From Bacillota bacterium (GTDB taxonomy: Bacteria > Bacillota > Clostridia > Ch29), in assembly GCA_040766775.1 (NCBI GenBank), contig JAXGPT010000002.1, positions 34,607 through 98,606 of the forward strand: a stretch of DNA of 64,000 nucleotides, in the 5' to 3' direction. Each line of letters opens with the position of its first letter. Position 1 is the first letter of the stretch. The notes beneath the pieces are model-generated. The model worked only from the letters and a program-made list of their open reading frames with translations. It was not told the DNA's origin and searched no databases. The translations under genes were made by a program, and so were the position numbers. This document shows, piece after piece, positions 55,659 through 64,000 of this stretch.

Positions 55659-56291
55659 TGGCGCATAAAAAGGATAGCAGTGCTGGCGTCCGGCAGGGGT
55701 ACCAACCTGCAAGCGGTAATGGACGGAATAAAATCCGGCAGCGTCAGGAATGCGGACGCTAGGGTGGTGGTTTCGGACAACCCGAAGGCCTATGCGCTGG
55801 AGAGGGCAAGGGCAAGCGGCATAGAGGCGCTGTGGATAAACCCTGCGGCCTTCCCGGGCCGGGAGGAGTATAACCTGGAGTTAATAGAACGAGCTAGAAA
55901 AGGCAAGTAGACCTGGTGGTGCTGGCGGGGTATATGAGGATTTTGACAGCGGAATTTGTCAGGTCCTTTAAAGATGCCATAATAAATGTCCATCCATCGC
56001 TTATACCCTCCTTCTGCGGAAAGGGATATTACGGCGAGAGAGTGCACAGAGAAGCGCTGGAATACGGCGTGAAGGTCACCGGCGCCACGGTGCGACTTCG
56101 TGGACGAAGGGACCGATACCGGGCCGATAATAATGCAGCAGGCGGTGGAAGTGCTGCCGGAGGATACGGTGGAAAGCCTTGCCAAAAGGGTGCTGGAGGT
56201 TGAACACCTTTTGCTTCCCCGGGCGGTGGACCTGTACTGCAGGGACTGCCTTAAAATAGAAGGAAGAAGGGTATGGATTAAGGCGGATTGA
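55659..56291 (+). CDS. purN: Phosphoribosylglycinamide formyltransferase PurN (frameshifted)
   Basis: ATG 55659 with GGAGG RBS gives [19 protein letters not shown] once one extra g is removed; continues ..[20 protein letters not shown].. and ..[12 protein letters not shown].. in other frames. Confidence 0.7.
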
Positions 56292-56347
56292 AGGTTGGTA
56301 CCGAGCGGTCGGCCCCATTACCCGGCAAAAAAACACGGAGGTGCATT

Positions 56348-57888
56348 ATGCGAAAGAGAGCGTTGATCAGCGTTTCAAACAAGGAAGGCATAGTGGAACT
56401 GGCAAAGGGACTGGAACAGTTGGGCTTTGAAGTAATTTCAACCGGCGGCACCGCCAGGGTATTGGAGGAAGCCGGAATAACCGTTACCGCAATTTCGGAG
56501 GTCACGGGTTTCCCGAATGCCTGGACGGAAGGGTGAAAACGCTTCATCCCAACATTCATGCCGGGCTGCTTGCCAAGAGGGATAACTGCCAGCACATGAA
56601 GCAGCTTGAAGAGCTTAACATAAAGCCCATTGACCTGGTGGTTATAAACCTGTACCCCTTTAAAGAAACCATACAAAAACCGGGCGTCAGCCTGGAGGAG
56701 GCCATTGAGAACATAGACATAGGCGGGCCCACCATGCTGAGGGCCGCGGCCAAAAACTACCAGGATGTGGCGGTGGTGGTGGACCCGGCGGATTACGGCA
56801 GCATCCTGAAGGAGCTAAGGGAAAAGGGCGAGGTATCGCTGGAGACCAAGTTTGAACTCTGTGCCAAGGTGTTCATGCACACCGCCCATTACGACGCGCT
56901 TATTACCGATTACTTCAGCCGCAAAAAAGGCGTAGATTTCCCAAATTACCTAACCTTGACCTATGAAAAGGTCCAGGACCTCCGTTACGGGGAAAACCCG
57001 CACCAGAGGGCTGCCTTCTACAGGGAAATAGGAAAAAGGGAAGGGTCCCTTGTGGAAGCGCAGCAGTTGCACGGCAAGGAGCTTTCGTTCAATAATATTA
57101 ATGATACCAATGGTGCCCTGGACCTTTTGAAGGAGTTCGAACCGACGAAACCGGTGGTTATAGGGGTTAAGCATACAAACCCCTGCGGCGTGGGAATGGG
57201 AGACACCGTGTATGAGGCCTGGCAGAAGGCCTACCAGGCGGACCCGGTTTCCATATTTGGCGGTATCGTCGCGGCCAACTGCCAAGTGGATGAAAAAACG
57301 GCAAAGGAAATTAACGAGATATTCATAGAGATAGTTGTGGCCCCGTCCTATACCGAAGGAGCGCTGGAAATACTAAAGAGCAAGAAGAACATAAGGATAC
57401 TTAAGCTGGACAACATAGCGGGCGTAAGGAGCAGCTCGATGATGGACCTTAAGAAGGTGAACGGCGGCCTCCTGGTCCAGGACAGCGACCTGCTGCTGCT
57501 CGACGACCTGAAGGTTGTCACCCGGGAAAAACCCGATGCGGAAACACTGGGTGACCTGCTGTTCGCGTGGAGGGTGGTAAAACACATCAAGTCCAACGGC
57601 ATAGTGCTGGCAAAGGACGGGCAGACGCTGGGAATAGGTCCCGGCCAGGTAAACAGGATTTGGGCGGTGGAAAACGCCATCAGGCAGTCAAGGAAGGACC
57701 TTAAGGGGGCTGTAATGGCATCGGATGCATTCTTCCCCTTCCCCGACTGCGTGGAAGCGGCGGCAAAGGCCGGCATCAAGGCTATAATACAGCCGGGGGG
57801 CTCGCTGAAGGATGAAGAATCCATACAGGCGGCGGACAGGCTGGGAATAGCCATGGTGTTCACCGGCATGAGGCACTTCAAACACTAA
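56348..57888 (+). CDS. purH: Bifunctional AICAR transformylase/IMP cyclohydrolase PurH (frameshift near 56520)
   Basis: [20 protein letters not shown].. then ..[13 protein letters not shown].. in a second frame. Confidence 0.85.
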
Positions 57889-57986
57889 TCATGGGGACGG
57901 TTCTTTTGATTTGATATGCGCTTAGAGGACATTCAATTGTGAAGTGGGATAAGTGTCCCCATTCCATAATAGAAAGGAGTGCGGAT

Positions 57987-59236
57987 ATGAAAGTACTTAT
58001 TGTGGGCAGCGGGGGTAGAGAGCACACCCTCGCGTGGAAGATTGCCCAAAGCCCCCTCGTGGAAAAAATCTACGCTGCCCCCGGCAACGGCGGCATCGCG
58101 GAAATAGCGGAGTGCGTGGACATAAAGGACACCGACATAAAGGCCCTTGCCGGGTTTGCCAAAAAAGAGAGTATTGACCTGACGGTGGTGGGCCCGGAGG
58201 CACCCCTTGTGGCGGGGATTGCCGACGAGTTTGAAAAACAAGGGTCCAGGGTCTTTGGACCCAAGGACGGGGCCGCCCGCTTGGAAGGGAGCAAGGTTTT
58301 TGCAAAGGAGTTCATGAGAAGGCACGGTATTCCCACCGGAGACTTTAGGGTGTTCACCGATTACGACCGGGCGGTGGAGCAGGTGGATGTGTTCGGTTTC
58401 CCGGTGGTGATAAAGGCGGACGGTTTAGCGGCAGGAAAAGGCGTTATTATAGCCGAGGATAGGGCGGAAGCCGAGGCGGCCCTTAGGGAGATTATGCTGG
58501 ATAAAAAGTTCGGCAGTGCCGGCGACAGGGTGCTGGTGGAGGAATTCCTGGAAGGCACCGAGATGACCATGCTGTGTTTTGTGGACGGGAAAACCATTGT
58601 TCCGATGGAAAGCGCCAGGGACTACAAGAGAATTTTCGACGGCGACAGGGGACCCAATACCGGCGGTATGGGAACCTTCTCCCCCAACGACGTTTATACT
58701 CCCGACATAGAGCGCCGGTCTAAAAACGATATAATGCTCCCCGTTCTTGAGGCCTTGAACCGTGAAGGCATTGAGTACAAAGGCGTCCTGTACTTCGGGG
58801 CTTATGGTAACCCGGGACGGCATAAAGATTTTGGAATTAACTGCCGCTTCGGGGACCCCGAAACCAGGTAATACTGCCGCGGCTTGACTATGACCTTGTG
58901 GAAGTTATGAATTCGGTGGTGGACGGAAGATTGTCCAGTCAGCAAATCCGGCTGGTCGGACAAGTCCTGTGTATGCGTGGTGCTGGCCTCCGGCGGTTAC
59001 CCTGGCAGCGACAAAAAGGAGTTCACGAGGGCCTTGACACCGTTGACCGGGACGGGGTTTTGGTTTTCCGCAAAGTGGGGACCGTTCTTAAGGACGGCAG
59101 GCACTATACCAACGGGGGCAGGGTACTGGGAATAGCCGCCCTGGGCTCCGACAGGGAAGAGGCCCGAAAAGGCGTATCGCCCGCGGCCAGGGTAATTTTT
59201 ACGGGCGTTCAGTACAGAAAGGACATAGCAAAATGA
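57987..59236 (+). CDS. purD: Phosphoribosylamine-glycine ligase PurD (frameshifts near 58800-58990)
   Basis: MKVLIVGSGGREHTLAWKI.., ATP-grasp core; C-terminal ..TNGGRVLGIAALG..QYRKDIA in another frame. Confidence 0.85.
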
Positions 59237-59906
59237 CGGCAAAAAGAAAGCGGAATCGGGACAGAACCCGATCTCTGTCCGATTCATCGACGTTTTGCCT
59301 GACAAACAGGTAATAGGCGTTATAGGCCAGTACCACCAGGCCGACTATAGAATTAAAAAATGCCCTGCTAGTCTCATCCATAAGGCCCCAGAAGTTTACG
59401 GCCGCAAGTACAGCACCAACAACTACGTGTATCAGATGAAAAGTGGTCAACATTTCACCTCCCGTTGTGGCAGTATTCTCGTCCGGTAATAGGATGTCGT
59501 ATTCCTCGTGGAAATTATTCCCCGTGTATGTTATCAGTCTTGAATTTCACCGGACAAATCGTCTCCCCTCAGCACTTCTTCGTCGTCGATAAGCTTTAGC
59601 GGAAAAACCAGTGCATTTGTGGTCCTATAGATTGTGGGGTGTTTTTCGGGATTGTAGCCTTCAAATACTTCGCTGGTCCGGCAAGCGGCCGTAATCGCCG
59701 TAGTCCTTATGCCAGCCTTTTTCGTCAACGGTCATTTTGCTCATCCTTTCATGTAATAATCATTATTTTTTGCAGCCCGGACAATCCTATTCCAGTGATT
59801 GTGCGGGAAATTATGGAGATTTCAAAATTTTACTGATAAAAGTATTAAAGTATTAAAGTTTTTAGGGTTATAATTACTGTATAAAAGAATAAGGGGGAGA
59901 TGGAGA

Positions 59907-60200
59907 ATGGCCGTTAACCCGAAACTTAAGGATGAAGAGACCGACCACCTTTTCAGAGCCATACTGCAGCTTGTGAACACAGACGAGGTTAAGCATGTTC
60001 TTCGAGGATATCTGCACCATAACCGAGCTGAAGGCCCTGGCCCAGAGGTTTACCGTGGCGTATATGCTAAAGAACGGCAAGACCTATAACGAAATAGTGG
60101 AGGCCACCGGTGCCAGTTCGGCCACCATAAGCAGGGTAAACCGGTTCATAAAGTACGGGGCGGACGGGTATAATTGCAGGCGAGCAAGCTGGCGCAGACG
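59907..60200 (+). CDS. yerC: YerC/YecD family (TrpR-like) protein, frameshifted; 3' limit approximate
   Basis: MAVNPKLKDEETDHLFRAILQL.. then ..FFEDICTITELKALAQRFTVAYML..GASSATISRVNR.. in a second frame; located after purD as in B. subtilis. Confidence 0.6.
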
Positions 60201-60309
60201 CCCGGGAATGAAAGGGAGTACAAGCCTGAATGAAAAAATCGGCGGCCGCCGTTTACCGAGCGGGGATGTAAAGGTGTAACTATAAAATAGAAAACATTGA
60301 GGTAGAGAT

Positions 60310-61230
60310 ATGGTAAAGGTTGTATGTACTTATACGCTGACGGAGGAACAGTTGGGCAGGATTAAAAGCCGGCTTGGTGACAGGGCAGAGCTGGTGAAGG
60401 TGAAGGACTTTGATGAAGCCGGCGACGTGCTGTCGGAGGCCCGGGTACTTCTTACAAACCAGTTTACCATCGACCAAAAGGACCTGAAAAAAATGAATAA
60501 CCTGGAATGGATACAGTGTGTTTTTCGTATAAAACCATTTTCCCCTCGGCTACCTAAAGGACAAAGGGGTTATACTTACCAACGCAAGGGGAAGCGTACA
60601 GGATACAGATGTCGGAGTTTATAGTCAGCCTTTTGCTCTCCATAGTAAGAAGGTCCTATCACTATACGAAGGCCCATCTTAACAGGAAATGGGACCCGAT
60701 TAAGATTGATGAGCTGTACGGTAAAACCATCGGGTTTATCGGTGTGGGCGCGGTAGCTCGGGAGACCGCAAGGAAGTTGCGGCCCTTGACGTGCGGATAC
60801 CGGTGTTAAAAATAATGTTGAGCCGGTTGAATACTTTGACGAAATATACAGCGGCGATGGACTGGACAAATTACTGGAAGAGAGCGATTTCGTGATCACC
60901 CTTGTGCCGCTTACCGATGAAACTAAGGGAATGATCGGCGAAGACCAGTTCAGAAGGATGAAAAAAACCTCCTGGTTTATTAACGTGGCCCGGGGTCCCA
61001 TAGTGGACGAGGGAGCGCTGGTAAAGGCCCTCAAGGAAGGCTGGATAGCGGGGGCGGGACTGGACGTGTTCGAGAAGCGGAACTGCTGCCGGAGGAAAGC
61101 CCGCTGTGGGACTTGGACAACGTGATAATCACCCCGCATATAGCCGGGCCGACGCCGCACTACATGGACCGGCTGATGGATTTGTTCATAGACAACCTGG
61201 AGGCCTTTGTTGAGGGCCGCACCGACAAAA
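60310..61230 (+). CDS. D-isomer-specific 2-hydroxyacid dehydrogenase family protein, multiply frameshifted
   Basis: ..[13 protein letters not shown].. (NAD-binding), ..[58 protein letters not shown].. in several frames. Confidence 0.6.
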
Positions 61231-61461
61231 TGGTAAATGTAATCGATTATGATAAACGTATTAGGAAGAATGGCAAGTGTGATAGACTATGATAAACGGT
61301 ATAAGAAGCAGGGGAAGCAAGAAAACCGTTCCCTGCTTCTTTTTCTTTTGTTGAAAACACTGCTTGTTTCTTATAATATATACTTACTAATATGTGGTGA
61401 CGCGGGAATATACTGGATGGGCCTTAAACAAACCACATGGATAGAGTATTAGGTTGAACAG

Positions 61462-62902
61462 GGGGGTATGGTTCGGTTAACAGCTTCAACGAGCTAAAAG
61501 ACTTCTATGACGAGCGGGGCATCAAGTTTGTGGACTTTTTAAGGTGGTTGACCAAGGAAGATGGCATCATCTTACAATGCCAATACGAAGCTTTACCGAG
61601 GAGGTATTAACCGACGGGGTTGGTTTTGACGGGTCAAGTTACGGGTTCCTGACGGTGGAAAAGTCGGATATGGTATTCATACCCGATATCAAGAGCGCCT
61701 TTGTGGACCCCTTTTCCCGGGAGTCTATCCTTACCATGATAGGGGATATCCACACCCTCGACGGCGGACGGGAAAGGTACGAGGGGGACCCGCGGTACGT
61801 AGCGGAAAAGGCGGAAGAGTATTTACAAAAAAGCGGCATAGCCGATACCTGCCTTCTGGGCCCGGAGCTTGAATTTTATATCCTGGACCACGTTTCCTAC
61901 AGGAATTCCCCGAACCACATGGAAGTGTTCCTGGATTCGGTCCAGGCGGAATGGAACTCCGCCGACAGGGAGGCCAAAAACCTAGGGTACAAGGTTCCGG
62001 CCCATGGCGGTTACCATGTAGACCTGCCCATGGACATAACTTTCGACCTGAGGAATGAAATGGTGGCAAATATGGAAAAACTGGGCGTACCGGTAAAATA
62101 CCACCACAGCGAAAACGGCGGCCCGGGGCAGGTTGAAATAGAACTGGGCTTTGGCCCCGTCAGGACAAGCGCCGACTGGACCATGCTTTTAAAGTACGTG
62201 GTGAAAAACACTGCCATAGCCAACAACAAGACGGTAACCTTCATGCCCAAGCCCTTTTTCGGCGAAGCGGGAAGCGGCATGCACGTACATATTCAACTTT
62301 TCAAGGAAGGAAAGCCCGTATTTTACGACCCCGACGGGTATTCGGCCCTGAGCGATACCGCTCTATACGCCATAGGGGGTATCCTAAAACATTCCCCGGC
62401 CATAATGGCCTTTACCAATCCCAGCACCAACTCGTACAAGCGCCTGGTGCCCGGGTACGAAGCGCCGGTCAGCCTGTGCTTTGGCACCGCAAACAGGAGT
62501 TCCGTAATAAGGATACCGGGATATGCCACCGAACCGGGCGAAAAAAGGTTTGAGTTCCGGCCGCTGGACGCGACTTCCAACCCCTACACCGCTTACGCGG
62601 CACTGCTGATGGCGGCAATTGACGGTATCAAGAACAAAATAGACCCCACCGCCGAAGGTTTCGGTCCCTATGATATTAACGTGTACGCTTTAAGCGAAGA
62701 AGAACGGTCCAAGATTAAAAGCCTTCCCAAGTCGCTGGATGAGGCCGCCGACTGCCTGCAGAAAGACCACGGCTTCCTGCTGGAGGGCGGAGTTTTCACC
62801 GAGGGCATAATAAGGGACCAGCTAAAGGGTATAAGGGAGGACGCGTTAAGGGTGGGCATAACCCCGCATCCCCTGGAATACCAGCTGTACTACGACCTGT
62901 AA
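61462..62902 (+). CDS. glnA: Glutamine synthetase type I (frameshifts in the first ~150 nt)
   Basis: 452-aa ORF with GS motifs (GFDGSSYGF.., ..KPFFGEAGSGMHVH.., ..NPYTAYAALLMAA..); N-terminal ..FNELKDFYDERGIKFVDF.. in another frame. Confidence 0.85.
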
Positions 62903-63117
62903 CAAAAAGCCCCATGCAAGGATTTAAGTATATCAAAAAAATGATGTTGGGTTTTACATTGGCAAAATAAAGCGTAACATCAATAAAAAGGTAAAAAGTT
63001 CTTTATTTTACCTTGGAAAAATATTAATATATAGGGTAGTACAACCATAAAATGGGGGTGATATGGGGGAAAACGGCATAAATGAGTTCGAAGAAGATTA
63101 AAAAGGAGGGTCTTAAA

Positions 63118-64000
63118 GTGAAAAAAAGAGTTGCACTGTTAATAGGCTGTGCGATGATAACTCTAAGCCTGGTCTTGACCGGATGTACTCCTGCAGCGCC
63201 CACCGAGACTCCGGCCGAAGAAGAGCCGGAAGTGGTCAAGGTCGGGTGGATAGGTTCACTTACCGGAGACCAAGCAGTGTGGGGCACCTGTGAACTCAAT
63301 ACTGTGAAGATGCTGTTTGAAGACATAAATGAAAAGGGAGGCCTTTTGGGCAAACAGGTCGAGGTTATAGGGTACGACACCCGCGGCGACGCAACCGAGG
63401 CCGTTAACGCGGTAAGAAGGCTCACGGCCCAGGATAAGGTTATTGCGGTTTTGGGTCCCAATGCCAGCGGTCAGGCTTTATCAATCTCGTCGGTGCTGGA
63501 AGAGATGCAGGTACCGGATATAGCGACCGTTGCTACAAACCCGAAGGTAACGGTGAACGATGACGGCAGCGTAAAACCCTTCAACTTCAGGGTATGCTTC
63601 ATTGACCCCTACCAGGGTGCGGTGGCTGCCGGGTACGCCTACGATATACTTGGTTTCAGGAAGGCAGCCCTTTTGTATGACGTGGCGGATGACTACTCCC
63701 AGGGGCTTACCGAGTTCTTTGAGAAGCACTTTGTTGAAAAAGGCGGCGAAATCGTAGCAAAGGAAGCCTTCAAGTACGGGGACGTAGACTTCAGGCCGCA
63801 GCTTAGCAAAATAAAAGAAGCGGGGCCCGAGATAATATTCATGCCCTATTATTACAAGGAGGTTGCCCTAAGCGCCAACCAGGCCAGGGAGCTTGGCATA
63901 GACGCGGTGCTCATGGGCGGGGACGGGTGGCCCTCGGAGGTACTGCTTGAGATGGCCAAGGACGCCGTGGAAGGATGCTACTTTGTCAACCACCTGGACT
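63118..64000 (+). CDS. ABC transporter substrate-binding lipoprotein, branched-chain amino-acid (LivJ/LivK) family; 3' end outside the window
   Basis: Lipoprotein signal MKKRVALLIGCAMITLSLVLTGC; periplasmic binding protein type I pattern; GTG start with AAGGAGGG RBS. Confidence 0.75.
   Translation, partial: MKKRVALLIGCAMITLSLVLTGCTPAAPTETPAEEEPEVVKVGWIGSLTGDQAVWGTCELNTVKMLFEDINEKGGLLGKQVEVIGYDTRGDATEAVNAVRRLTAQDKVIAVLGPNASGQALSISSVLEEMQVPDIATVATNPKVTVNDDGSVKPFNFRVCFIDPYQGAVAAGYAYDILGFRKAALLYDVADDYSQGLTEFFEKHFVEKGGEIVAKEAFKYGDVDFRPQLSKIKEAGPEIIFMPYYYKEVALSANQARELGIDAVLMGGDGWPSEVLLEMAKDAVEGCYFVNHLD

Noticed and set aside
63024-63461. 145-aa minus-strand ORF
   Set aside because: It is antisense to a well-supported livJ-like lipoprotein gene with a signal peptide and RBS; it is the shadow ORF.

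Overview
This is a chromosomal window from a Firmicute. Gene order resembles Bacillus, while the raiA-type RNA, cofactor-independent apgM, SLH surface protein and Coat-F proteins point to Clostridia. Order is flagellar tail (fliD-fliS-fliT) -> structured RNA -> hpf -> secA -> prfB; then tsaE-tsaB-rimI-tsaD; bioY, a GntR regulator, asparaginase, an ABC-F ATPase, rex, gdh; a pxpCBA/NRAMP operon; groES-groEL with a perfect CIRCE; guaB plus a truncated guaA; a ~4 kb SLH surface-protein gene; a GC-rich 2-3 kb island; apgM and a leuB-like gene; a guanine riboswitch driving purE-S-Q-L-F-M-N-H-D; then yerC, a 2-hydroxyacid dehydrogenase, glnA and a livJ-like binding protein. Two ~1.93 kb copies of one group II intron, each with a decayed reverse-transcriptase ORF, sit immediately after intrinsic terminators (downstream of hpf and of gdh), which is class-C-like behaviour. 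Two DnaA-box clusters are present, one directly downstream of tsaD as in the B. subtilis gcp-ydiF cluster. Caveat: many conserved and essential genes (secA, groEL, purL, purD, purH, gdh, rex, glnA, ABC-F and others) carry one to several frameshifts. That pattern points to indel errors in the assembly rather than genuine pseudogenes, so I mark 'frameshifted' calls as assembly-dependent. No CRISPR array, rRNA or tRNA was seen.
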